From NCBI GenBank assembly GCA_963668025.2, contig CAXXTH010000017.1, positions 736,001 to 800,000 on the forward strand: DNA of 64,000 nucleotides. Direction: 5' to 3'. The position numbers and the translations under genes are program-made. Source of the stretch: Candidatus Hydrogenedentota bacterium (GTDB taxonomy: Bacteria; Hydrogenedentota; Hydrogenedentia; Hydrogenedentales; SLHB01). This document shows positions 49,749 to 60,082 of the stretch, one piece after another (positions within the stretch are counted from its first letter, which is position 1; each line of letters opens with the position of its first letter). The notes below the pieces were generated by a model that saw only the letters and a program-made list of their open reading frames with translations, had not been told where the DNA came from and did no database searches.

Positions 49749-50345
49749 TTATTCAGCAAGAATCTTCTCAACCAGCCTATACACTGTTGTACCCGGAGTG
49801 CGGGGCCAATCGCAGCACGGAGGCGTATCTTTCTGTCTTGCTCTTTGGATGGCTTGCTTGATTCGGTCAGGTGTGAAGAATCGTAGATAAATATGCTTGT
49901 GATATTCGCTGAAATGCTTTTTTAGCTGTGATGTACACTTGTTGGACGTGGTGATTCCTTGTGCATCCTCGAAATGCAGTAACAGCCAGTATTCGAATTT
50001 CGGATTACTAAGCGCGAAACCATAGTTGGGATCTGTTTTGGCCCAGCCATGTAGCTCCTTAAGCTGCTCATCAGTCCAATTGTCTTTGTCTACGACAAGC
50101 CATGCTTCATCATCGCCTTTCAAGCTTTTCGTCGCTAAAAATTGTCGCATTCTTTTTAACACGTGGGCTGGAGAGCTTTTACAGGAATCCGAAAGGCATT
50201 GTATATAAATCGTACTGGTTTGGCTATTGAGCATATTGAAGTATTGCGGTTCTGTGATTTGGCCTTCCACGGAGACCACGTATCGTTTTCGATAGCTTCT
50301 TATGCCGGTCTCACGCGTGAACCGCTTATTGCTGAGTTTCGCCAT
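49749..50345 (-). CDS. RloB-like (TOPRIM-like) protein
   Basis: VEG..TE..YF, WLVVDKD, SNP.FE.WLLLHF motifs. Confidence 0.85.
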   Translation of the reverse strand: MAKLSNKRFTRETGIRSYRKRYVVSVEGQITEPQYFNMLNSQTSTIYIQCLSDSCKSSPAHVLKRMRQFLATKSLKGDDEAWLVVDKDNWTDEQLKELHGWAKTDPNYGFALSNPKFEYWLLLHFEDAQGITTSNKCTSQLKKHFSEYHKHIYLRFFTPDRIKQAIQRARQKDTPPCCDWPRTPGTTVYRLVEKILAE

Positions 50346-51692
50346 CTATTGCGCTTCTCCAGCGCCACTTGAAGATGATGCTTCGGTAAGCGGCTGGGCC
50401 AGCAGGATGCGCGGAACGCCGCCAAGCCTTCCTTGGAGATAGCTTTTCCGGATGTCTTTGTCATACCGGATGTCTTTGTAATCGCTGAAGGAGAATAGCG
50501 ATGAAGCGCCTGTATGATCGCGTTCCGCAACCCACATTTCATCGCGGCGGAATAACTCTTGATCCATGAGTAAGACATCGTGTGTGGTAAACAAGAGCTG
50601 GGAACGGCTTTGCGGAGAACAGCTTTCCAAAAAGAGCAGGAGAAGCCGTCGTGTTAGCAACGTGTGAAGGCTGCGGTCCACCTCGTCGATAACGTATACT
50701 TTAATTGTGCTCGATTCACGCAGATCCAGAAATGCCGGTAATAAATCGATCACGCGTCGCGAGCCATCTGATTCATGCTTTATCTCGAATTGGACGTCTT
50801 TCCCTTTATTGCCCATATGGTATGAAAAGAGTTTTTTGGCTCTTAGGCCATCCTTGTCTCTAGTGACTAGGAGACGCTCATTTCCGGCATCGCCGCTTAT
50901 TTGAGCGGATTCTCCCTCTTTGATCATTTCTATAAGCTCTTTCTTGACCTCGTCTGGGATTGGAAGGCGCTGGAGTGAGACTGCCTCCCCGCCAATATGG
51001 GCTATGCCGGTATCTAAAGAGGCGAGCATCGCATTCATTTTTGCGTATAAAGGATGCTTCTCATTAATGAATTGCTCGAACGGCGCGAAGCGATCATCGG
51101 GAGCGATAAGCTCAAGCGTATCATCAAACCAATCATAAACCGGTTTAAACGTATCGATCTTTTGGTGAACCGAGTTCGTCAAGAAAAGCTGATTCTCACG
51201 CGTTCCTTTGAATGCATATAGCAGGCGTTCATCCTCTTTGAACCGCTGTTCTGGCTCTGGACTGTCCGCTTTGCGATCATATAAGACCTTCTCGCTCGCG
51301 CTATGGAGCAGAACGAGCTTTTCTTCGAGCACTTCACGGCGCGTAACAGCGAAACTGAATTCATACACGGTGTCGTTGATAAGCAGCTCAAAGCAAAAAC
51401 GGCTTGGTTGCTGTAGATAGTTTTCCTCAAGCCTGAAAGGCTCTACCGGAATCAAGCTATTCGGTTGAGAACCCTTGAGAACCAGTTTTTTAGCGAAATT
51501 GATGGCGTGAAACAGATTAGTTTTTCCCGAAGCGTTGCCGCCATAAATCGCGGCGACGGGAAGCACGCGCATATTAAATCCATCAATGCGCGGGACTCGT
51601 TCGCTATGCTGCCGTTCCCGGCTTGCAATCATCGAAAATGTCGCTTTGTCTCGAAACGACATCCAATTTTCAATCGAAAAACGGATTAACAT
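50346..51692 (-). CDS. AAA_21-type ABC ATPase (RloA/AbiLi-like)
   Basis: [46 protein letters not shown]. Confidence 0.88.
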   Translation of the reverse strand: MLIRFSIENWMSFRDKATFSMIASRERQHSERVPRIDGFNMRVLPVAAIYGGNASGKTNLFHAINFAKKLVLKGSQPNSLIPVEPFRLEENYLQQPSRFCFELLINDTVYEFSFAVTRREVLEEKLVLLHSASEKVLYDRKADSPEPEQRFKEDERLLYAFKGTRENQLFLTNSVHQKIDTFKPVYDWFDDTLELIAPDDRFAPFEQFINEKHPLYAKMNAMLASLDTGIAHIGGEAVSLQRLPIPDEVKKELIEMIKEGESAQISGDAGNERLLVTRDKDGLRAKKLFSYHMGNKGKDVQFEIKHESDGSRRVIDLLPAFLDLRESSTIKVYVIDEVDRSLHTLLTRRLLLLFLESCSPQSRSQLLFTTHDVLLMDQELFRRDEMWVAERDHTGASSLFSFSDYKDIRYDKDIRKSYLQGRLGGVPRILLAQPLTEASSSSGAGEAQ

Positions 51693-51977
51693 TTGGTTTT
51701 TCCTGTACGTGAATATTTCACTTTATCGTAGGTATTTTACTTCATAATATAGTAAATAGCAAGGATTAAGGAGAAATTATCTCTTTAGACAGTCTGATTT
51801 CGGAGCTGATAGCGCCAACCGCCGTTTTTGCGGCGGCTCCGTTCTCTTTGGCGTATCGCTACAACCCTGTATTCCGCCGCAGTTTTCGCACGTTGACATA
51901 CTGGCCTTTGCGTGTTACTGTGCCTTTCTGTGTGTCTGGAAGAGACATCCTTCCCGGATGTATGTTGGGAGCCGTCC

Positions 51978-53468
51978 ATGTTTATTGGAAGCAAAGCTAC
52001 AAGCACCATTCTTGATATCCTGCAAACCGGTATTAATGAGTTGATCCGCATGGCGGGTATACCGTCCGAATGCAAATTCACCACCCTTGACTGCGAAATT
52101 CAGGTGTTCTCCGCTGATATGGGCAAGCGGCTCGACCGGGTCCGCATCGAATATGCGGCCAAGGAGGACGCTTCCGCGGATGATGTGGCGGAAACGCTGA
52201 AAAAGGTAAACATCCCGACGCAGGTCCAGGCGAATAAAGGAAAATTGATCATTACGCTTCCGCCCTTCGAGTGGCGGCAGCTCAAACAATTGGTCCCAGT
52301 GGATGATGTCCTCGAGGCGACGGCGGCCCATTCGTTGCGCTCCCTTTCCTGGAACGTGGTGGCCAAGAAGTATAAGCGGCATGAGGTGAACATCAACCGC
52401 TTGATCGAGATCATGAAGGACCGCAAGGCGTCGGACCTCCACCTTCGCGCCGGTTCGCCGCCCTATGTGCGTGTGGATAACGATTTGCTCCCGCTGGATA
52501 TGCCCCCCCTCTCGGCCAAGGACATGCAGGAAATCGTCGATCAGTTGGGCAGCGAAGATGAAGTCCAAAAACTCGAATCCGAGCGTGAAAGCAGTTTCCA
52601 ATTCCATGCCGCAGGCGTCGGTTATCTGCGCTGTTCGGGCTACTATAAACAGGGGGCCATGGCCGTTGCGCTCCGGTTGATTCCCGAGGAGCCGCTTCCC
52701 TTCGAACAGCTCAATATTCCCGACATTGTGCGCGCCGTATGCAACAAGCCGCGTGGATTGTTCTTGGTGGCGGGCGTGACGGGCAGCGGCAAGTCCACCA
52801 CCCTGGCCGCCATGGTGGACTATATTAACCAAACCCGCCACACGCACATCATCACCATCGAAGACCCCATCGAGTATGTGTACCGGGACAAGAAGAGCAT
52901 TGTCTCCCAGCGCCAAGTAGGCCGCGACACCTTCTCGTTCGCCAACGGCCTGCGCGGGGCGTTGCGCGAAGACCCCGATGTGATTCTCGTGGGCGAAATG
53001 CGCGACGTCGAGACCATCCGCGCCGCCATCAGCGCCGCTGAAACAGGCCACTTGGTGTTCAGCACGCTGCACACCATGACCGCCGTGGACACCGTGAACC
53101 GCGTGATCAGCTACTTCCCGCAAGCCGAGCGCGACTTGATCCGGCAAGAGCTGGCCTATTCGCTTCAAGGCGTCGTCTGCCAGCGCCTGCTCAAACGCAT
53201 CGGTGGCGGGCGTATTCCTTGCCTCGAGATCCTCGTGGGTAACAAACCCATCGTGCGCGACGCCATCCTCGAAGCCGACATCAGCCGGCTCTACAGCATC
53301 ATCGAAGTCGACTCGGATATGAAGTCCTTCGACCAGTATTCCGTCGAGCTCTATCAGAAAAAGCTGGTCGAGAAGGACGAGGCCATGAGCGCTTGTTCGA
53401 ACGACGAGGCCTTCGAGCGCATCATCTCAGGCATCAAATCCTCGGAAGGCCGCAAACTGCTAGGGTAA
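51978..53468 (+). CDS. PilT/PilU-family retraction ATPase with N-terminal extension
   Basis: ASDLHL.AG.PP, GVTGSGKSTT, TIEDPIE, ALREDPDVILVGEMRD, AAETGHLVFSTLHT. Confidence 0.9.
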   Translation: MFIGSKATSTILDILQTGINELIRMAGIPSECKFTTLDCEIQVFSADMGKRLDRVRIEYAAKEDASADDVAETLKKVNIPTQVQANKGKLIITLPPFEWRQLKQLVPVDDVLEATAAHSLRSLSWNVVAKKYKRHEVNINRLIEIMKDRKASDLHLRAGSPPYVRVDNDLLPLDMPPLSAKDMQEIVDQLGSEDEVQKLESERESSFQFHAAGVGYLRCSGYYKQGAMAVALRLIPEEPLPFEQLNIPDIVRAVCNKPRGLFLVAGVTGSGKSTTLAAMVDYINQTRHTHIITIEDPIEYVYRDKKSIVSQRQVGRDTFSFANGLRGALREDPDVILVGEMRDVETIRAAISAAETGHLVFSTLHTMTAVDTVNRVISYFPQAERDLIRQELAYSLQGVVCQRLLKRIGGGRIPCLEILVGNKPIVRDAILEADISRLYSIIEVDSDMKSFDQYSVELYQKKLVEKDEAMSACSNDEAFERIISGIKSSEGRKLLG

Positions 53469-53884
53469 TTTTTTGACAAGAAACCAGGACGCATAAAAAG
53501 CGATAGACGCTGTTTTTTCGGCATGATTTGCCAGATGGACAAGGCTATTTATAAGAATATTTTATAGGGTGCTCTGAGTTAATTATTATAACTGTTTCTA
53601 TTTATACACCAAAATGTCTTGTCCATCTTGCAAATCATGCCGAAAAAGCTTATCCATTAGCGTTGGTGGTGCGGAACCCTCTTCATTCCCAGATGAATTC
53701 TCAGGCATTTCATAAATCCCAAATTCTTTTTCCTCCATAAAATTTGTGTGTGTGCCATTCGTTCCCTGCGAACCGCGCATTGGCCATTGATGTAAGTAAG
53801 CGCTTACTGTATAGTGTTTTTTTGGATATTTGGCAACTAAGAACACATACCAAACGATGGCTGGCAGCCAAAAGAGATTTCTAT

Positions 53885-54976
53885 ATGCTTCAAAAAATAA
53901 AAGGATTCACGCTGATTGAACTGCTTGTGGTGATTGCAATCATCGCCATTCTGGCAGCCATACTGCTCCCCGCGCTCGCACGAGCTCGGGAAGCGGCCCG
54001 CCGTGCAAGCTGCCAAAGCAATTTAAAACAATTTGGAATCATCTATAAAATGTACTCGGGCGAAAATAACGGCAAATTTCCACCCGCCTATGGCATGGGC
54101 TATTATTATCGTGACTGTTCAGGAAAGCCGGCTAATTTTTCCGACTGCCAAATGGCGGATGGATTCAAGCTATCTCCGGACCAGAAGAGCATTTATCCTG
54201 ATTACTTGAACGACTTGAAGATTCTGGTTTGTCCATCTTCACCGAATGCTGGAGAATCTATCGAGGAAGCGCTTGCAGTCATCAAGCCCTATGATTCGAG
54301 CGGGAGAGCCTGCAAATACACCGGTTTTTCCGATAACCCACAGGACAGTTACTTATATTTTGGCTGGTTGCTGGATTTATGCAACGGTCCTGCTGATGAC
54401 ATGGAACTACAATCCAACTTCACCGACCTGGCCCTGCTAGGTCTCGGGAAAGCCGGAGAACGGCCTCCCGTCCCTCTGCAATTCGCCGCTATGCTGGAAG
54501 TTCTCTTGGATCCCGCCGTTATGGCGTTTTTTCCGTTTCCGGGTTATCCCGCTCTTCCGAGCGCTTGCGCCACCTATTCGGACGCCACCGAATTTTATAA
54601 TAATTTCTTTGATAGCGATATCAACGTATCGGGCCTGCACAGTCCGTTCAACAGGTTCGGCAACGAATATGGCTCTACAATCCTACGGCTGCGCGAAGGT
54701 GTCGAGAGGTTCATGATTTCCGACATCAACAACCCGGCCGCTGGCGCAACGGCCCAGTCGGGTATGGTGGTGATGTTTGATGTCATCAGCTTGAATGATA
54801 ATTCCAGCTCCCCATTTCACCACAAGTTTAATCACAAACCTGGGGGCGGCAATGTGCTCTATATGGATGGGCATGCCGAATGGGTTAAATATGAGACGAA
54901 CGGCCGCTTTCCCATTAACGCTGGAATGGCCGCCATCCTTAGCTTGGAGGATTTGGGAACGGGGAAATCTCTTTGA
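53885..54976 (+). CDS. Prepilin-type N-terminal cleavage protein (DUF1559 / H-X9-DG)
   Basis: [40 protein letters not shown]; [14 protein letters not shown]. Confidence 0.9.
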   Translation: MLQKIKGFTLIELLVVIAIIAILAAILLPALARAREAARRASCQSNLKQFGIIYKMYSGENNGKFPPAYGMGYYYRDCSGKPANFSDCQMADGFKLSPDQKSIYPDYLNDLKILVCPSSPNAGESIEEALAVIKPYDSSGRACKYTGFSDNPQDSYLYFGWLLDLCNGPADDMELQSNFTDLALLGLGKAGERPPVPLQFAAMLEVLLDPAVMAFFPFPGYPALPSACATYSDATEFYNNFFDSDINVSGLHSPFNRFGNEYGSTILRLREGVERFMISDINNPAAGATAQSGMVVMFDVISLNDNSSSPFHHKFNHKPGGGNVLYMDGHAEWVKYETNGRFPINAGMAAILSLEDLGTGKSL

Positions 54977-55214
54977 AAAAGGGATCTTCGTGAGAATTTG
55001 TGGGCGTTTGAGCGCTAGGAATAACATGCAGGCAGTGGCAATCCTGTTCAAAGAAGCTTCTTTTTAACCACGGGGACATGGGGAGCCACGGGGAACGAAA
55101 GGCGTTCACAAAACAAATACCCAGAAATAGGACTTAACTTTCTGGGTAAACTGCAACGACTATACTGTTGGATGCCATGGGGCACGGTATGAATTTCCCG
55201 TGTGCGAGCGCCTA

Positions 55215-56546
55215 TTACAGCAGCGCGGATTCTTCCATATTGAGCCGCATTACCGGCGCGGGTCTTGTCGGCGGCTCCGGCATAGCGGGCGCTTCCGTCT
55301 TTTCCATTGGCGCGGGCGTGTCATCGGCTGCCCCGGCGGCGATCCATTCGCGGATGACATGCAGTTCGCCTTCCGACAACGGCGCACCGCCCTTGGGCAT
55401 TTGGGGCTGAAGCTCGCCTCGAATGTACCGGACAATGGCGCTTTGCCCGGGCCGTCCAGGCGTTACCGCCGCGCCCGATTCCTCGCCTGGTTTCAACATG
55501 GACGCCACCGAGGTGAGATCCAATCCGCCGGAGGCGCTCGATGGATTGTGGCAGGCTGTACAATGCCGCTCGAAAATGGGTTTCACATCCTTGGTGTAGC
55601 TCACTTGGGCCGCCAATTCCGGTTCGATAGGATGCACGGGCAACAGCGCCTCCTGCTCCTCGCTGCCGGTGGATTCAACAGGCTCAGCGGCCTCTTCAGC
55701 GGGCGGCGATGGAGGCGCGGTTTCTGGCTGCGGAAAAGCGGCTTCAGGCATGGCCTCCATTTCGGGCGGCGCGGGAGTTTCCGCTGGAAGCGGCGGCGAT
55801 ACGGTATTGGGCGCGGGAACGGGTAGTGTCGGCTCCGGGGCTTCCGCAAGGGGAAGCGGGGCGCGGTTCTCCACGGATAGCGGCTTGGCGGTGTTTTCGG
55901 GGATAGAAGGCGTGGTGATGGGCGGCTGCGGTTTGTCGGGTATTGGCGGGTATTCAAGCGAAATGGCTTCAGACGGTGCAGGCGGGACAGCCTCGAAGGA
56001 GGCCGTCATGGCGGGCGTGCCCACGCCATATTGGTACACCAGCGTGCCGCCCAAATGGCCGACAACCGCCACCCAAAGCCCAACGGCGATGCTGGCGATC
56101 ATGGCCAGCGCCAAAGCCGTATTCCGCACCCACTGGAAGCGAATCAGCGACAGGGCCAGAAACGCCGCCGTTCCCGCGGCCAGCATCCAAAGTTTTTCCG
56201 CCATTTCCCTATGATTATCAATCATTGCAAGGGCGGCTGGCCCGGCGGAGCCTGGAACTTGCGCCATCGCTTGTTCCCCAAATTCCGCCGCGAGCAGCGC
56301 GAATAGGGCCAGCAAGATATATCCGCCTAGCGCCACGCGCAGCAGTATAGGCCGGGCATGTTCGGCCAATGCGCAAAAGTACACGAGCGGAATGCCCAGA
56401 ATCGCCAGCGCCACGGGGAAGTGGACCACCATGGCGTGGAGCATTTGGGGATGTTGCAGTATTTCAAGCTGCGGCATAACGACTCCTTCCTCCCCTGGGC
56501 GCACCCAGAGGCTTGCATATATGGCGAGCAATAAGCACGCTATCAA
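55215..56546 (-). CDS. DUF2231-like membrane domain + Pro-rich linker + planctomycete-type cytochrome c
   Basis: HAM.VHFP, GH.GG.LVY..GVG; C-terminal VSY..DV.PIF..HCTACH...GGLDL...PG....S......MP......I..WI.AGA; start uncertain. Confidence 0.7.
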   Translation of the reverse strand: MIACLLLAIYASLWVRPGEEGVVMPQLEILQHPQMLHAMVVHFPVALAILGIPLVYFCALAEHARPILLRVALGGYILLALFALLAAEFGEQAMAQVPGSAGPAALAMIDNHREMAEKLWMLAAGTAAFLALSLIRFQWVRNTALALAMIASIAVGLWVAVVGHLGGTLVYQYGVGTPAMTASFEAVPPAPSEAISLEYPPIPDKPQPPITTPSIPENTAKPLSVENRAPLPLAEAPEPTLPVPAPNTVSPPLPAETPAPPEMEAMPEAAFPQPETAPPSPPAEEAAEPVESTGSEEQEALLPVHPIEPELAAQVSYTKDVKPIFERHCTACHNPSSASGGLDLTSVASMLKPGEESGAAVTPGRPGQSAIVRYIRGELQPQMPKGGAPLSEGELHVIREWIAAGAADDTPAPMEKTEAPAMPEPPTRPAPVMRLNMEESALL

Positions 56547-56696
56547 ACCCGGACGGAGCTGTCAAGAAGCCTTTATCAACACGCAAATGAAAGATCTCAG
56601 CAATACGTTGAGCCGCATTGCATTCATGACGGCCGGGGACGGCGGTTCCACGCTCTTAACAACCAAATAAATGTGTAGGGCCGGCGTCCTCGCCGA

Positions 56697-56996
56697 TCAT
56701 TCGTCGTGAGAGCTTTGCTCCGCGCCGCTATAATGAAGCACGATGGAGCGTCGCACATGCCGGTAGCGGCGGACGCCTTGGACCACTGAGGCGATGGCGA
56801 TGGGCATGAGCGCATACCCGAGCACCCGCATGTCCACACTGTCCGGAAACACTTTAATGATGGTGAAGGCGGAAACGAGAATGATCAAGCCGGTTCGAAG
56901 ATACGCCAGCAGCGTCCGTTCATTGGCTAAATGCGTCCGTTCAATGGCTAAATAGTCTCGAAGGATCAGCTTATCCGGTTGCTCTTCATTCGGCAT
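56697..56996 (-). CDS. DUF202 (YidH-like) membrane protein
   Basis: LRDYLA.ERT.LANERTLLAYLRT. Confidence 0.85.
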   Translation of the reverse strand: MPNEEQPDKLILRDYLAIERTHLANERTLLAYLRTGLIILVSAFTIIKVFPDSVDMRVLGYALMPIAIASVVQGVRRYRHVRRSIVLHYSGAEQSSHDE

Positions 56997-57442
56997 GGTA
57001 TCATCAGCCTCTTTCGATCTGTTTTGCGCCCGCGAGCCTGCTCACGAATATGATTTTAACGCAATGAGCCGCTTGTTGCCAGGCAGCGCCACAAGGAAAT
57101 CGGATTAAAAAAAGCGGTGCTTTTCCCTCTCACGGAGTATTTGTGTTTGTTTGTCCAAACATATCTAAAACGTCTTTTCTCCACATTCCTGGAGGATGAG
57201 CCACGAAAGGCGCAAAAGACACAAAATTGATTCTTGCGTCTTTTGTGCCTCTTGAGGCCAATTCTGGGTAGTTTCTGATATGATTGCCGTGGGCAGCTCC
57301 CTTTTTCAAGTGAAAGCAACAAGTAGCAAGGTGCGGCCAGCCGTGGAATCTGCTAAAATAAGCCTACTCAACCAGCTAACCGTCCCAAACTTCGCCATGA
57401 AGCGGAGTTCGAGATGGTGCAACCTCCGGCATTGGAGCGGTT

Positions 57443-58036
57443 ATGAATCTCCCGAACAGATTAACCATGGCCCGGATAGGCATGTCGATTGTGTTCATCG
57501 CATTGATGTCAATCGAACACTTTGCTTGTCTAGTCTTGGGTTATATGGTCTTTATCGCGGCTTCGATCACGGATTATTACGACGGAAAATTGGCGCGCCA
57601 AAGAGGCCTTGTGACGAATTTCGGGAAACTTGCCGACCCCGTCGCGGATAAGATCCTCCTGTCGGCGGCATTCATCATGGCCATGCTGCTGGATGACTTG
57701 TATATCCCTGGCTGGACGGTTGTCGTTATCTTGGCCCGGGAATTCCTCGTGACGGGCGCCCGTTCTCTGGCGGCGAGCGATGGAGTGATTATCGCCGCGA
57801 ACAAATGGGGCAAGACGAAAACCGTACTGCAAATTGTATACATTAATTGCTGCTTTAGCTTTGTGGTCCTACGTAATATCTTGAGTTACGCCGCACCAGA
57901 TTTTGTGCCTCTTGTTAAGGGCGTGCTGTACCACGCCTCCCTTTGGGGGGCCGTCGCAGTGGCGATTTTTACGGTGTACTCGGGTTTTCAATTCATTCGC
58001 AGCAACTGGAGCCGCCTCAACCTGGATAACATGTGA
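57443..58036 (+). CDS. pgsA: CDP-diacylglycerol--glycerol-3-phosphate phosphatidyltransferase
   Basis: MNLPN.LT..R, TD..DG..AR....T.FGK..DP.ADK, RE..VTG.R, GK.KT..Q. Confidence 0.92.
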   Translation: MNLPNRLTMARIGMSIVFIALMSIEHFACLVLGYMVFIAASITDYYDGKLARQRGLVTNFGKLADPVADKILLSAAFIMAMLLDDLYIPGWTVVVILAREFLVTGARSLAASDGVIIAANKWGKTKTVLQIVYINCCFSFVVLRNILSYAAPDFVPLVKGVLYHASLWGAVAVAIFTVYSGFQFIRSNWSRLNLDNM

Positions 58037-59160
58037 TGCTGGAAAAATTCGCGTCAAAGCTCATCATCGATCTGAAGGCATATGCGCATAACTTGTCCGT
58101 ATTGCGTTCACGTACGCCGCGCGGCTGCAAACTGTGCGCCGTCGTAAAATCCAATGCCTACGGGCATGGCGCGCTGCCCATTGCCCGGCGCGCCATAAAA
58201 GAAGGCGCGGCCATGCTTGCCGTGGCCCATGTGGGTGAAGGAGCGGAACTGCGCGCGGCGGGCATTCAAGCGCCCATATTGGTGCTGGTCCAGCCGCAGG
58301 CCAGCGATCTCGAGGCGATCATCGGGCTGGATTTGCAGCCGATGATATCGGATCGCGCCTCCATGGAGCGGCTCAGCATGCTGGCGTCGCGCATGAATCG
58401 AGTGGCGGTTGTGCATGTGAAGATCGATACCGGCATGGGACGGGAAGGCTTTCCGCTCGATGAGGCCCTTCCCGCGCTCCAGCATATGCCCCATTTGCCC
58501 AACATCCGCCTGGCGGGCGTGGCCACGCACCTATCGAGCGCCGATGAGCTTGCCCACCCGGAAGTGACGCTGGAGCAGCTCGCCCGGTTTCGTGGCCTGC
58601 TTTCCGCGTGCGCCGTGCGGGGCATCCATTGCGGATGCATCCACGCCGCCAGCAGCGGCGGAGTACTAAATGATTTTGACGCGGCTTTCGACATGGTGCG
58701 CCCCGGCATCGCCACCTATGGCGTCTGGCCGAATGCGCGGCCAGCCTCCACGCCTGCGCTGCGGCCTGTCCTGCGCTGGGAAGCGCCGGTCGTATTCCTA
58801 AAAGAACTTCCCGCCGGTTCGCCCATTGGCTATAACCGGCGCTTTATTACGACCCGGCCCACCCGCCTGGCCATTGTGCCCGTTGGCTATGCGGATGGCT
58901 ATTTACGCGCGTTGACGAATAAAGGTGAAGTATTGTTGCATGGCATTCGCTGCCCCGTTCGAGGCGCGGTGTCCATGGACCAAATAACCGTGGATGTGAC
59001 GGAAGCGCCGCGCACCGCCGTGGGGGATACCGCCACGCTGATTGGCGCGGATGGGGCGGAAACCATCGGCGCGGATACGCTGGCCGAACGAGCGGGAACC
59101 ATTTCGTACGAAATCTTCACGGGTTTGGGCCGAAGGTCCGAGCGCGTATACATCGAGTGA
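58036..59160 (+). CDS. alr: Alanine racemase
   Basis: AVVKSNAYGHG (PLP lysine), KIDTGMGR.G, VRPGI..YG, GYADG, SMDQ, TISYEI. Confidence 0.95.
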   Translation: MLEKFASKLIIDLKAYAHNLSVLRSRTPRGCKLCAVVKSNAYGHGALPIARRAIKEGAAMLAVAHVGEGAELRAAGIQAPILVLVQPQASDLEAIIGLDLQPMISDRASMERLSMLASRMNRVAVVHVKIDTGMGREGFPLDEALPALQHMPHLPNIRLAGVATHLSSADELAHPEVTLEQLARFRGLLSACAVRGIHCGCIHAASSGGVLNDFDAAFDMVRPGIATYGVWPNARPASTPALRPVLRWEAPVVFLKELPAGSPIGYNRRFITTRPTRLAIVPVGYADGYLRALTNKGEVLLHGIRCPVRGAVSMDQITVDVTEAPRTAVGDTATLIGADGAETIGADTLAERAGTISYEIFTGLGRRSERVYIE

Positions 59161-59173
59161 AGCCCCTGCGCTG

Positions 59174-59701
59174 ATGCAACAGCTTTTCCTCATAGACGGC
59201 TACAATGTCGTCCATTTTTGCCCGCGCCTGCTTGCGCTTGCCCAGAATGGATTTGAAGATGCGCGCGATGCCCTGATCGAACTGGTGTCGCAGTATTGCG
59301 CCACTTCGGGAAATGCGGCCAAAGTCGTATTCGATGGCCGTGGGCGGCATGCGCAACGCTCAAAACCTTTCCGGAGCGGGCCGGGGCTCGAGGTGCTCTA
59401 TTCCCCTGAGCATCTGGCTGCCGATACGGTCATCGAGCGCATCGTCTACAACACAAAATTAGACCGCAAAGACATTGTCGTCGTGACGGGCGATATGGGG
59501 ATACGTGATTTATGCCGCGCCATGGGTTCATTGGTGATGGCCCCAGCGAATTTCCTGGCGTTTACGGAAGAGCGCATGAATCGTTCCCGCGATGAACTCC
59601 ATGCCGCCACGGAATCCTACCGCCGCTCGATGCTCGAGGACCGGCTGGATGAAACCTCCCTCGAACGGCTTCGCGCATGGAAAAACAAACTACAAAAATA
59701 G
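59174..59701 (+). CDS. NYN-domain (YacP/Rae1-like) ribonuclease
   Basis: LIDGYNV, VVFDG, YS....AD..IER, VVT.D motifs. Confidence 0.85.
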   Translation: MQQLFLIDGYNVVHFCPRLLALAQNGFEDARDALIELVSQYCATSGNAAKVVFDGRGRHAQRSKPFRSGPGLEVLYSPEHLAADTVIERIVYNTKLDRKDIVVVTGDMGIRDLCRAMGSLVMAPANFLAFTEERMNRSRDELHAATESYRRSMLEDRLDETSLERLRAWKNKLQK

Positions 59702-59751
59702 ATTACATAACCTCAGCACGGATTTTGGGACCACTAAATACACTAAAAAAT

Positions 59752-59925
59752 GAAGCTCCGCCGCCGGATACATCCAGGTATCAATAGCGCGAAATGGCTC
59801 GCTTTTGGGATGCCCATACAGAGCAATTCGGAGGAGGGGGCATTTGTACCCAGGGGCTCCCTTGCCCTTCGGGCAGCGGTCGGCCCTGGGCTGAGATGGG
59901 ATGAACCCTCGGGACACGCATACAT
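59752..59925. ncRNA. Candidate structured ncRNA, family unassigned (6S-like size)
   Basis: GC-rich island in an AT-rich intergenic region with nested stems (CCCAGG...CCTGGG around TGCCC-TTCG-GGCA); T-tract after the minus-strand 3' end. Confidence 0.35.
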
Positions 59926-60082
59926 TACCGATAGTACAAAGGGTGTCTTGTTGAATGTAATTATCTTGTAAATCAATTCAGATCATATAGTTAGGGGTGC
60001 TCTTGTTTGGGGAATCTCTTGAACGTTGGAGCCAGCCCCACCTCGCAAAAAAAAGCTACTAATTTTTTAGTGTATTTAGTAA

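Noticed and set aside
59840-59915. TPP riboswitch (GGGG...GCTGAGA...ACCC)
   Set aside because: Lacks the downstream CCTGA / GG.AAT.CC / GCG.AGG elements, and there is no downstream gene on that strand
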